From the NCBI GenBank assembly GCA_965368975.1, contig CBDUPA010000008.1:1-64000 (forward strand): a stretch of 64,000 nt of DNA, written 5' to 3'. The stretch comes from an uncultured bacterium (GTDB lineage Bacteria; Acidobacteriota; Thermoanaerobaculia; Multivoradales; JAHZIX01). The notes below the pieces were generated by a model. The model was given only the letters and a program-made list of their open reading frames with translations, did not search any database and was not told the DNA's origin. This document shows positions 49,686 through 58,620 of the stretch, piece by piece (the stretch's first letter is position 1; each line of letters opens with the position of its first letter). Made by a program: the position numbers and the translations under genes.

Positions 49686-52472
49686 CTAGTCGTCGGCGAA
49701 GGGTAGGTCGGAGAAGGCAGTGTCGAGTTGCAGATCCTGGTCGAAGAGGAAGTCGTCACGCACTTCGATACGGCGGCTTGGCAGTTGGTAAGCAGGCGGG
49801 GAGCTGAAGTTGGCGGGGGCCAGACGCAGGGTGTACGTGCCGATTCCGAGGCCATCAATGCGGAAGAGCCCGAAGCGGTCGGTGCGGGCAGTACCGGCGA
49901 CAGTGCCAGCAGAGTCGAGCGCCTCGATCAACACGTCACGACGTCGCACGCCGGCGGTGTCGGTGACGCGGCCCGCGACGCCGAACTCTGGCCGCACGGA
50001 GAAGTCGACGCGTGTCACGGCAGCCGGCGCCACCTGGGCGACGACGCTCACGCGTACGGGATTGAGTTCGATCGGCAGGTTCTCGGGATCCAACTCGACG
50101 CGGTAGAGGCCGGGCTCGAGATCTCCGATGAAGAAGCTACCGCCAAACTCGCTGCGGCCGGCGACACGGCCGTTGAGCAGGAGGGTCAGGCCGTCGAGAC
50201 TGAAGGCGTCGAGAGATTCGGCCAGCTCGGGCGGAGCTTCGACGCGGATTTGGCCGCTGAGGGCGCCCCGGTCGGCACGTACGGAGACGCTGCGCGCCGG
50301 CAGAAGACGGCCGCGCGACAGCGCCAGGTCAGCGGTCAGATTGAGTTGGAGACGCAGGTTCGCCGAGCCGTCGGCTGCCGGGCGCAGCGGATCCTGCGCA
50401 ACCTCGAAACGGGCCAGGACGCCGGGCAACAAGGCCAGGTTGAGCGAGGCCTGGAAGCCGACCCGGTCAGCGGTGGGTGGTGTGTTGCCGTCACGGTCGG
50501 TGTCCGGGGTGCTGACGAAGATCGGGCCGGCCGTCAAGCTTGGCTGCCAGCGTCCCTGCCGACTCCAGGCCAGCAGGGCAGCGTACCGGTCGACCTGACC
50601 TCCTCCGTGCTCGGCGCTCAAGTAGAGCTGAAGTTCACGGCCCAGGGCGTAGCTCAGGCCGGCAAAGGTGCGCTCCTGAATGCTGACCGCGAGTTGTCCC
50701 CGGCGCGAAATGGCGTAGTTGAGGTCGACCTGGTAGTCGCCGTCGACCTGGGGCCGGGCGCGCAGGGAGAGCCGCCTCACGGGGCGCCAGGAGAGCGTTG
50801 GTAGCACGAACTCATCGAGGGAGTCGCCCTGCCGCCGGCTGCGTGCGACCAAGCCGAGGCTGAGTCGCCGCGAGTGCTGATAGTTGGTCTCCACCAGGTG
50901 GTCGTAGGCCTCGGCGGCGGCTTCGCTCTGAAAGCCGGCCTCGAAGTAGAGGGAGCGCACCAGCAGACGCACGCCGCCGAAGCGATCCGCACCGCGGCCG
51001 GTGGTCGGGCCACCGATCTGGCCATCGAGGTCGAAGCTGTAGCCGAACGTGTCGCCCTCACGTTCCTGCGCCGGGTCGCCGCCGACCGAGCCGCCGATGG
51101 AACTCGCGATGGCACCGCCGATGGTGAAGGTGGGCGAGAGCTGAGCTACCAGTCCAGTGAGGACTTGAAGGTTCTCGCGACTCTGCTGCACCACGCTTTC
51201 GAAGGTCACGCGGTCATGCAAGCCTTGGCGGAACTGGTAGAAGCCGGCGGCTGCGGAGCCGTCTCGCTGGTCGAGGGCATCCTGGGCCAAGTTGCCGTCA
51301 TGGCCTCCGCCGCCCAGGTGGACACTGCCACCAGCCGGCAACAGATAGGCCGAGAGGTTGAGCGTCTCCTCGATGATGTTGACAGGAATGCGCGGATTCT
51401 GCCGCTCGTAGACGCGCACCTCGACGCGGCTGAGGCGCGCCGGCAGCGGGATGTCGAAGAACTCGTACATGCCGTTCAGGCCGATGGTGCGCCGATCGGT
51501 CAGGCGATCGTCGATCCACAGTTCGGCGATGCCAGCGGGCGGGCCGGGGCCGCGAAAGGTGCGCTGCGGCGTGCCCTGGCGAGACAGGAGTTCGACGGGC
51601 TGGAACTGGCTGCGCGCGAAGCGATCCAACGGCTGGTCCGTCCAGGCACCTTGGACGCCGGTCAATTCCACCACGCGCAGCAGCGGATGCAGTTGGACGC
51701 GCTGATGCCCGATCTGGAGCAGCCCGTTGCCGCGCTCGGGCGGCAGGTTCAGGGGGCGCAGCCAAGCATAGTCGCGCAGGCGTTCGCCGCCCGCGAAGTC
51801 GTCCTGGTAGCGGAGCCTCCACCAGCCACCGGAGAGTCGGCCACCGAGGACGGTCGCGCTATTGAAGCGCTCGACATCATCGTCCTGGAAGAACTCGAGG
51901 TCGGTCTGGATCGTCGACAGGCTGGCGACGGGTGCCTCGAATTCGGGTTGCAGCACCTCGGCCGCGGGGCGTAGCGGCAGCGTGACCGACGTCTGGTAGG
52001 GCTGCCAGGCGAGGTCCAGGCGCAGGGCGAAGAGGCGTTCGTCGAAGCGCAGAGGGCTGGCGAGCCGTTGCTCGATGAAGGTCTGCGAGAGATACGTGAC
52101 GCCGTCACGAAGCTGGATATCCGGGGCCGTCAGCTCGACGGTCCCCAGGGGAGTCACCAAGCTGCGGTCTCGATCTCCGCTCTCTGCTTGCAGCCGCGTG
52201 CCGGTGAAGGCGAGGAATGGTTCCAGCGGTAGTAGGTAGCTGCCGTCCGCGTCGATCAAGATCTCGATGACGTCGATCTCGCGGCCGTCGACGATGACGC
52301 CCACCAGAGCCGTGTCGCGGGGTGGTGCATGGGCGTAGGCGGCTTCTTCCAGCAAAGCCGCATCCAGGGCTTCGGGGTGCAGCGTTGCCACCTGTGGTGG
52401 ACGGGGAGCCGCCGCCTCGGAGCCGAGGCTTGGTGCCGCGGCCAAGACGAGGAGTAGTGCGGCGCCGAGCAC
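49686..52472 (-). CDS. Outer-membrane usher-like protein with C-terminal carboxypeptidase-regulatory-like domains
   Basis: Signal peptide; AELWIDD..G.Y.F.DIPL plug-like region; beta-rich barrel; GLYRVELDPENLP; last gene of the operon. Confidence 0.7.
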   Translation of the reverse strand: MLGAALLLVLAAAPSLGSEAAAPRPPQVATLHPEALDAALLEEAAYAHAPPRDTALVGVIVDGREIDVIEILIDADGSYLLPLEPFLAFTGTRLQAESGDRDRSLVTPLGTVELTAPDIQLRDGVTYLSQTFIEQRLASPLRFDERLFALRLDLAWQPYQTSVTLPLRPAAEVLQPEFEAPVASLSTIQTDLEFFQDDDVERFNSATVLGGRLSGGWWRLRYQDDFAGGERLRDYAWLRPLNLPPERGNGLLQIGHQRVQLHPLLRVVELTGVQGAWTDQPLDRFARSQFQPVELLSRQGTPQRTFRGPGPPAGIAELWIDDRLTDRRTIGLNGMYEFFDIPLPARLSRVEVRVYERQNPRIPVNIIEETLNLSAYLLPAGGSVHLGGGGHDGNLAQDALDQRDGSAAAGFYQFRQGLHDRVTFESVVQQSRENLQVLTGLVAQLSPTFTIGGAIASSIGGSVGGDPAQEREGDTFGYSFDLDGQIGGPTTGRGADRFGGVRLLVRSLYFEAGFQSEAAAEAYDHLVETNYQHSRRLSLGLVARSRRQGDSLDEFVLPTLSWRPVRRLSLRARPQVDGDYQVDLNYAISRRGQLAVSIQERTFAGLSYALGRELQLYLSAEHGGGQVDRYAALLAWSRQGRWQPSLTAGPIFVSTPDTDRDGNTPPTADRVGFQASLNLALLPGVLARFEVAQDPLRPAADGSANLRLQLNLTADLALSRGRLLPARSVSVRADRGALSGQIRVEAPPELAESLDAFSLDGLTLLLNGRVAGRSEFGGSFFIGDLEPGLYRVELDPENLPIELNPVRVSVVAQVAPAAVTRVDFSVRPEFGVAGRVTDTAGVRRRDVLIEALDSAGTVAGTARTDRFGLFRIDGLGIGTYTLRLAPANFSSPPAYQLPSRRIEVRDDFLFDQDLQLDTAFSDLPFADD

Positions 52473-52477
52473 GAGGC

Positions 52478-53431
52478 TCAGCCTCCTCCCAGGTCCGGCT
52501 CTGGAGGAACCGTGAAGGAGACCGATCGATCGAGCGGCTGCGCACCCAGCGTGCCATTGAGGTCGAGGACGTAGGTGCCCGGTGGCAGGGCTTGCTGCAA
52601 TTCCAGGCTCAGGGTTCGTCGCGTCCCGGGGAGCACGGGGGTGCCCGGCAGCTCACCCGCCTCCAGCACCGCTTCTGGTGCTACGGCCTCGGGTTTGCCG
52701 ACGTTGGCGATCAAGTCGGTGGCACCGCTGCCCGGGAAGGTGTCGGCCGGCCACACTGCATACTGCCCGTCGAAGCGTACGTGTGCGTTGCCGGGACAGG
52801 CGAGGTCGAAATGCACGAGGCCATCCGTCACCGTCACCTCGTGCAAGACCGCCCGTCGATCCAGCTCGCCAGCCTGAGCGTAGACCGCCAAGCCGACGCG
52901 GTACAGTACGTTGAAGCTCGGGTTGTCGTCCGGCGGTGGTGGTAGTTGCCGGAAGTAGATGAGCGCCCGGTGCTCGCCGGACTCGGGGCGGACCTTGGGG
53001 CGGATCGAGAAGCGGACGGTACGCGACTCCTTGGCAGGCACGCTGAAGTGCACCGGATTGACCACGATCCACTGGTCCAGGCTCTGCTCCTCGGGCGGCA
53101 GCTCGCGGACCGTGTTGGTCTCGTCGAGGTCCCAGTTCAACACCTCGACCACCAACTCGACCTCTTTCTCGCTGAAGTTGAAGACGCGCACGGACTCGGT
53201 GCTCGGGCTGTCTGTCAGCTGCAGTTCGAAGCGAGATGGCGAGACACCCAACTGCGCCTCTACCGTCAGCGGCAGCAGCGTCATCGCGAGTAGCGTCAAG
53301 GTGCCAGCCGCCAGGCATCGGCTGCGGCGTGAGCGGCCGGCTTCGATGTGCGGCTGGGAGAGGGTGGATGGCATCGAGGAGCGTCGAGAATGGCTCCGGG
53401 CAGTGGCAACGGAAAGTTGGGCTCGACTCAC
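52478..53431 (-). CDS. PapD-like fimbrial chaperone
   Basis: VSPSRFEL...VRVFN...VNP..F.VPA.ESRTVRF...EHRALIYFRQLP...GNAHVR. Confidence 0.78.
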   Translation of the reverse strand: MSRAQLSVATARSHSRRSSMPSTLSQPHIEAGRSRRSRCLAAGTLTLLAMTLLPLTVEAQLGVSPSRFELQLTDSPSTESVRVFNFSEKEVELVVEVLNWDLDETNTVRELPPEEQSLDQWIVVNPVHFSVPAKESRTVRFSIRPKVRPESGEHRALIYFRQLPPPPDDNPSFNVLYRVGLAVYAQAGELDRRAVLHEVTVTDGLVHFDLACPGNAHVRFDGQYAVWPADTFPGSGATDLIANVGKPEAVAPEAVLEAGELPGTPVLPGTRRTLSLELQQALPPGTYVLDLNGTLGAQPLDRSVSFTVPPEPDLGGG

Positions 53432-53467
53432 GGTGGAAGCTCCTGGGCGTCACGGGCGCTGGTTCTG

Positions 53468-53506
53468 GGGCCGATTTCTAGGGCCGATTTCTAGGGCTGA
53501 TTTCTG
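53468..53506. repeat. 13-bp tandem repeat (gggccgatttcta x3)
   Basis: Read directly. Confidence 0.8.
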
Positions 53507-53555
53507 GGGATGGGACTGGCAACGTAGCTGCCGGCTCGCTGGCGGATAGCGCCGG

Positions 53556-54149
53556 TCAGAGCTGATGCAGAGTGACCGTCAGAGTACCCTGATAGGTACC
53601 GGCGGCCTGCACGCTCTCGACCTCCATCTCCAAGACGACGCCTCCCTGCACGATGGTACCTGCCTGAGTAGGCATATCAGAGTCGAGACGCCGCTCAGCG
53701 TCTCGCTGCAGAATCGTCGGCGCCAGCGGCCAGACCCGTGTGTGTACCTCGAGGTCCGGGCGCTGAGAATGACTCAGCCGATCCTGCTGTCCCTGGCTCG
53801 ACACGAGCTCATAGGATACTTGCAGGTCGCGCAGCCGGGCATCCGGTGCCAGATGCAGCTGCCACAGGTCGGGCAGCCGGCGCACGACGCTCGTCGCCAG
53901 GCGCGCGCTGGTAAAGGGGGATTGGGAGCTCGAACGGCTTCCCGAACCGACCACCAGCGTTCCTTCGCTGACCTCGGCTTGATCCTCGAACAGCTCCCTT
54001 GACTGGATCGGTTCGAGCCGCAGCACGATGGTCGGCGTCCCGAACTCGGTGAGTTGGGTCGGTGGCTCACCGCGACCCGGGGCCGGGAGCAACAAGCAAA
54101 GCGCCGCGACCGTCCAGGTCGCGGCGACAGAGCAGCCTCGCATGGGCAT
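53556..54149 (-). CDS. Putative minor pilin-like secreted subunit
   Basis: Signal peptide; C-terminal AGTYQGTLTVTL strand typical of chaperone-usher subunits. Confidence 0.6.
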   Translation of the reverse strand: MPMRGCSVAATWTVAALCLLLPAPGRGEPPTQLTEFGTPTIVLRLEPIQSRELFEDQAEVSEGTLVVGSGSRSSSQSPFTSARLATSVVRRLPDLWQLHLAPDARLRDLQVSYELVSSQGQQDRLSHSQRPDLEVHTRVWPLAPTILQRDAERRLDSDMPTQAGTIVQGGVVLEMEVESVQAAGTYQGTLTVTLHQL

Positions 54150-54212
54150 GCTCGGCGGCGAGGTGCCATGACTTGTGAAGGCCGTCGTTGGCCGGCCTCG
54201 CCGCCGCGGGGA

Positions 54213-54896
54213 TCAGATCAGCGTCGCGGTGACGGTGATGTTGTCGTCGACGGCACTGCTATAAGTACCGGCTTCGTTGGCCGAGCTGGCGTCGAGAATC
54301 AGCTGCACGTCGACCGCGTCGGTGGTCCCGAGACCGCTGGGCGTGAAGGTGGTCGGGCTGCCGAAGCCGCCGCCGTTGACCTGGACCTGCGGCGTGCCGG
54401 TCAAGGTGATGGTGCCGGTGCCGCCGTTGGTCAGCGTGGTGTTGGCGGTGTAGGCGATGCTCACCTGCACGCCCGAGCCGCCATTGGTCTGGATGGCGCG
54501 GATCGCGCAGATGTCCTGAATGGTCAGCGCCAGGTTGCTCAGGTCGACGCCGGCTGCCAGGTCGGTATCCGGGCTACCAAGGTTGACGTCAGCGGTCAGG
54601 CCGGTGCCCGAGACGGCTGCGTTGGCGGTGCCGGGGCCCGCAACCGCGATGCCCTGGTCGCCGTTGGCGGTACCGGTGACCAGCTCTGCCAGCACCGCCG
54701 AGGTGACGGTGATGTCGACGTCGCTGTAGCAATACAGGATCAGAATCGACGGCCAGATGATGTCGACATCGACGTTCAGCGAAGCTGCCTGAGCCGGAGG
54801 CGCTGGTGCCAGCAGCATGCCGAGAGCGAGCAGGCAGGCGACGGCGAGCGAGGCGCGGAGGGATTTGAGGCGTGGACTACGAGAGAGCGAGAGCAT
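54213..54896 (-). CDS. Putative major pilin-like secreted subunit
   Basis: Signal peptide ending AQA-A; Thr/Gly/Ala-rich beta protein with 2 Cys; C-terminal AGTYSSAVDDNITVTATLI; GGAGG RBS. Confidence 0.68.
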   Translation of the reverse strand: MLSLSRSPRLKSLRASLAVACLLALGMLLAPAPPAQAASLNVDVDIIWPSILILYCYSDVDITVTSAVLAELVTGTANGDQGIAVAGPGTANAAVSGTGLTADVNLGSPDTDLAAGVDLSNLALTIQDICAIRAIQTNGGSGVQVSIAYTANTTLTNGGTGTITLTGTPQVQVNGGGFGSPTTFTPSGLGTTDAVDVQLILDASSANEAGTYSSAVDDNITVTATLI

Positions 54897-54965
54897 ACGA
54901 GTACCTCCCTTGAGGGTGAAGCTAGGGGCAGCGGTAAATCATAGAATTTGGATGACTCGGAATCG

Positions 54966-55087
54966 TGTGCTGGCAACGCGAAGTTCGCATTTTTGTCGTC
55001 AGCTGGCGGCGACGGTGACAGGATTTGCCAGCGGTCACCGCATTTGCTGACGAAAGAGCTCGTTGACAGTGAACTCGACCCAGCACA
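54966..55087 (-). promoter_or_regulatory. Long hairpin in the predicted 5' leader of the pilus-like operon
   Basis: Nested stems tgtgctgg/ccagcaca, cgaagttc/gaactcg, tcgtcagc/gctgacga, cggtgac/gtcaccg. Confidence 0.6.
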
Positions 55088-55098
55088 ATTCTTGTTTA

Positions 55099-55114
55099 TG
55101 CAAATACTGCGCCA
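55099..55114 (-). promoter_or_regulatory. sigma54 (-24/-12) promoter facing the pilus-like operon
   Basis: Minus strand TGGCGC-AGTAT-TTGCA. Confidence 0.65.
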
Positions 55115-55146
55115 TTATCTGGCGTTCCTGCGCAGGGGCCTGCGGA

Positions 55147-55461
55147 TCAGCAGGAGATTCCCCAGCGGGGATGGTCGAGCACGAAGCCTTCGTCGTCGTC
55201 GAAGTCGAGCACCGCTCCCTCCAACTCGCGCACGGCGAGGCGGTCCAGGTGCACGTGCACACCTTCGACCACGACCTGGACGTCGTCCTCGTTCCCGCGT
55301 CGGCTGGCGCTGAGGCGAAAGCCCATCGCGCCGCAGCCGCCGGCGAAGGCGATGCGTAGGAACTCGTCGTCTCGCAGGTCGCGCTGGGCAGCGTCGCGGG
55401 CGGCGGGTGTGAGGCTCAGCTTCGGGGTGACGCCGGGTTCTGGCGTGAGGTTAGGCTCCAT
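55147..55461 (-). CDS. HesB/IscA-like (A-type Fe-S carrier) protein, divergent
   Basis: LSLTPAA...LRIAFAGGCG.MGF.L...DD......V.V.LD...LEGAVLDF...GF. Confidence 0.7.
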   Translation of the reverse strand: MEPNLTPEPGVTPKLSLTPAARDAAQRDLRDDEFLRIAFAGGCGAMGFRLSASRRGNEDDVQVVVEGVHVHLDRLAVRELEGAVLDFDDDEGFVLDHPRWGISC

Positions 55462-55528
55462 GGTTCTGATAGCATAATCCAGTGAGACCTGCCGAGGACA
55501 AGAACCCCCTAGTAAGGAACTTCCAAGC

Positions 55529-57412
55529 ATGAGCACAGCAACCGAGCCGGAGGCGGCCGCGGCCACCGGTGACGCAGTCTTAGAGACCCGCGACGACGTC
55601 GTGATCCGCTTCGCCGGTGACTCCGGTGATGGCATGCAGCTGACCGGCGGCCAATTCACCAACACGTCTGCATTCCTGGGTAACGATCTGTCGACGCTGC
55701 CGGACTTTCCGGCCGAGATCCGCGCGCCCGCGGGAACGCTGCCCGGCGTTTCTGCCTTTCAGGTTCGTATCGCCGACTACGACATCCACACCCCCGGTGA
55801 CGCGCCGGACGTCCTGATCGCGATGAACCCGGCCGCGCTCAAGGTCAATATCAAGGATTTGCGCACCAACGGTGTCCTGATCGCCAATACCGACGAGTTC
55901 AACAGCCGCAACTTCAAGAAAGCGGCGATCGAGGTCAACCCGCTCGAGGACGGGAGTCTCGAGGGCTACCAGGTCTACCAGGTGCCGTTGACTACCCTGA
56001 CGCGCGAAGCGTTGGCCGACACGGAACTCGACACGCGGAGCAAGGATCGCTGCAAGAACTTCTTTGCCCTCGGCATGGTCTACTGGCTCTTCAGCCGTCC
56101 GCTGGACACGACGCTCGAATGGCTCCACAAGAAGTTCTCCAAGAAGCCGCATCTGGCTGAGGCCAACGCGTGCGTGCTCAAGGCGGGGTGGAATTACTGC
56201 GACATCCAGAGCTTGTTCCAGGTCCGCTACCAGGTTCAGCCGGCGCGGCTGGAGCCGGGGACGTACCGCAACATCAACGGTTCGAAGGCGCTGGCGCTGG
56301 GTCTGGTCGCGGCCAGTCAGCAGAGTGGTCTGCCGCTCTTCTTGGGGGCGTATCCGATCACGCCGGCCAGCGAGCTCCTGCACGAGCTGGCAGCCATGAA
56401 GCGCTTTGGCGTCACCACCGTGCAGGCCGAAGACGAGATCGCCGCCGTCTGTGCCGCCATTGGCGCGGCCTTCGGCGGAACGCTGGCGGTGACGGTGTCG
56501 AGTGGCCCCGGTATCGCGCTCAAGGCCGAGGCGATCAATCTGGCGATGATGGTCGAGCTACCGCTGGTGATCTGCGACGTCCAGCGTGCCGGCCCGTCGA
56601 CCGGTATGCCGACCAAGACCGAGCAGAGTGACCTGCTGCAGGTGTTGTTCGGCCGCAACGGTGAGTCGCCACTGCCGGTGTTGGCCGCGTCGTCGCCCAA
56701 GGACAGTTTCGCAACCGCGGTGGAAGCTTGTCGCGTGGCACTCGAACACATGGTACCGGTGGTGATCTTGTCGGATGGGTATATTGCCAATGGTGCCGAA
56801 CCTTGGCGGCTGCCCGATCTGGACTCGCTGCCCGACTTGACGCCGCAATTCCGCACCGATCCGGAAGGCTTCCAGCCCTACGCTCGCGATCCCAAGACGC
56901 TGGCTCGACCATGGGTGCGTCCCGGAACACCGGGCCTGGAACACCGTGTCGGTGGCCTGGAGAAGGCAGACCTGACCGGCAACGTCTCCTATGACCCGGC
57001 CAACCACCAGCGTATGACCGACCTGCGCGCCGCCAAGGTCGAACGGGTGGCCGACGGTCTGCCGCCGCTGGAGGTCCACGGCGACGCCGAGGGCGATCTA
57101 CTGGTCCTGGGCTGGGGCTCGACCGCGGGTGCCATCACCGGCGCGGTCAACCGTGCGCGCGAGGAGGGGCACAAGGTCAGCCGCGTACATCTGCGCTACC
57201 TCAACCCGCTGCCGCGCGACTTGGGCGACGTGCTGAAGCGCTTCCGCAAGATCCTGCTGCCCGAGATCAACAGTGGTCAATTGGCGATGCTGCTGCGCGC
57301 CCGCTACCTGCTCGACATCCAGTCGTTCTCCAAGGTACAGGGCAAGCCGTTCACCCGCCAGGAGATCTACGACAAGATTCTGCACACGCTGGAGGCTGCC
57401 CGTGTCCACTGA
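55529..57412 (+). CDS. korA: 2-oxoacid:ferredoxin oxidoreductase alpha subunit
   Basis: AGDSGDGMQLTG, YPITPAS, QAEDEIA, SSGPG, QRAGPSTGMPTKTEQSD. Confidence 0.95.
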   Translation: MSTATEPEAAAATGDAVLETRDDVVIRFAGDSGDGMQLTGGQFTNTSAFLGNDLSTLPDFPAEIRAPAGTLPGVSAFQVRIADYDIHTPGDAPDVLIAMNPAALKVNIKDLRTNGVLIANTDEFNSRNFKKAAIEVNPLEDGSLEGYQVYQVPLTTLTREALADTELDTRSKDRCKNFFALGMVYWLFSRPLDTTLEWLHKKFSKKPHLAEANACVLKAGWNYCDIQSLFQVRYQVQPARLEPGTYRNINGSKALALGLVAASQQSGLPLFLGAYPITPASELLHELAAMKRFGVTTVQAEDEIAAVCAAIGAAFGGTLAVTVSSGPGIALKAEAINLAMMVELPLVICDVQRAGPSTGMPTKTEQSDLLQVLFGRNGESPLPVLAASSPKDSFATAVEACRVALEHMVPVVILSDGYIANGAEPWRLPDLDSLPDLTPQFRTDPEGFQPYARDPKTLARPWVRPGTPGLEHRVGGLEKADLTGNVSYDPANHQRMTDLRAAKVERVADGLPPLEVHGDAEGDLLVLGWGSTAGAITGAVNRAREEGHKVSRVHLRYLNPLPRDLGDVLKRFRKILLPEINSGQLAMLLRARYLLDIQSFSKVQGKPFTRQEIYDKILHTLEAARVH

Positions 57413-58448
57413 CGTCCGCGAACGCGAAACCCAGAAGCTGACCGCCAAAGACTTTGCCTCCGATCAGGATGTGCGCTGGTGCCCCGGCTGCGGTGACTAC
57501 GCGATCCTCAAAGCTGTGCAGTCGGTTCTGCCGGAGCTGGGGATCCCCAAGGAGCAGTTCGTCGTGGTGTCCGGCATCGGTTGCTCCAGCCGCTTTCCGT
57601 ACTACATGGACACCTACGGTTTCCACTCGATCCACGGCCGTGCACCGGCGTTGGCCACCGGCCTCAAGGTGGCGCGACCGGAGCTGGAAGTGTGGGTGGT
57701 GACCGGAGACGGTGATGCCATGTCGATTGGCGGCAACCACTTCGTACACGTGCTGCGGCGCAACGTCGGCGTCAAGGTGCTGATGTTCAACAACCGTATC
57801 TACGGTCTCACCAAGGGCCAGTACTCGCCGACCTCCGAGGTCGGCAAGCGGACCAAGTCGACGCCGCTCGGCTCGGTCGACAACCCGTTCAACCCTTTGT
57901 CGCTGGCACTCGGGGCCGGCGCTACCTTCGTGGCGCGTGCGGTCGACATCTTCCAGCCGCACTTGAAGGAAGTTCTGCGTCGGGCAGCCGCTCACAAGGG
58001 GACGGCGTTCGTCGAGATCTACCAGAACTGCAACATCTTCAACGACGGCACTTTTTCTTACATGACCGATAAGGAGAAGCGCCAGCAGCAGGTGCTGTAC
58101 CTGGAGCATGGTGAGCCGTTGTTGTTCGGCAACGACAAGGACCAGGGGCTGCGTCTCGAGGGTGTCGACTTCGAGGCCGTGCAGCTGGGGAACGGCGTGT
58201 CGGCCGAGGACTGTCAAGTGTGGGACGAGCATGCCGAGAGCCCGGGCCTCGCCTTCGCGCTGGCTCAGGCGGGCACGCAGACAGGGGCTCCGCACTTGCC
58301 GACGCCGATCGGTGTCTTCCGCGACGTCAGTCATCCGACCTACGAAGATGGCGTCAAAGCCCAGGTCGACTTCGCGCTGGCCCAGCAAGGTGCTGGCAAC
58401 CTGCACGACCTGATCTACGGCGGCGAGACCTGGACTGTCGGGGACTGA
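57402..58448 (+). CDS. korB: 2-oxoacid:ferredoxin oxidoreductase beta subunit
   Basis: WCPGCGD, SGIGCSSR, IHGRA, GDGD, NNRIYGLTKGQYSPT. Confidence 0.95.
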   Translation: MSTDVRERETQKLTAKDFASDQDVRWCPGCGDYAILKAVQSVLPELGIPKEQFVVVSGIGCSSRFPYYMDTYGFHSIHGRAPALATGLKVARPELEVWVVTGDGDAMSIGGNHFVHVLRRNVGVKVLMFNNRIYGLTKGQYSPTSEVGKRTKSTPLGSVDNPFNPLSLALGAGATFVARAVDIFQPHLKEVLRRAAAHKGTAFVEIYQNCNIFNDGTFSYMTDKEKRQQQVLYLEHGEPLLFGNDKDQGLRLEGVDFEAVQLGNGVSAEDCQVWDEHAESPGLAFALAQAGTQTGAPHLPTPIGVFRDVSHPTYEDGVKAQVDFALAQQGAGNLHDLIYGGETWTVGD

Positions 58449-58450
58449 AG

Positions 58451-58539
58451 CTCGATGCCGGGTACTCGATGCCGGGTACTCGATGCCGGGTACTCGATGA
58501 CCGGTACTCGATGATGCGTACTCGATGACGGGCGCTCGA
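58451..58539. repeat. 14-bp tandem repeat (ctcgatgccgggta x ~6, decaying 3')
   Basis: Three perfect units followed by three degenerate units; no spacers. Confidence 0.9.
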
Positions 58540-58620
58540 CAGCTTGTTCTCGGCGGCTGACCTCGGCCCCACACCGTGGGGTGCTCCTAAACTCAGTTTC
58601 CTGTTGTGAGGAGGGTTCCC

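Noticed and set aside
58451-58539. Possible CRISPR array
   Set aside because: 14-bp units are directly adjacent with no unique spacers, and there are no cas genes
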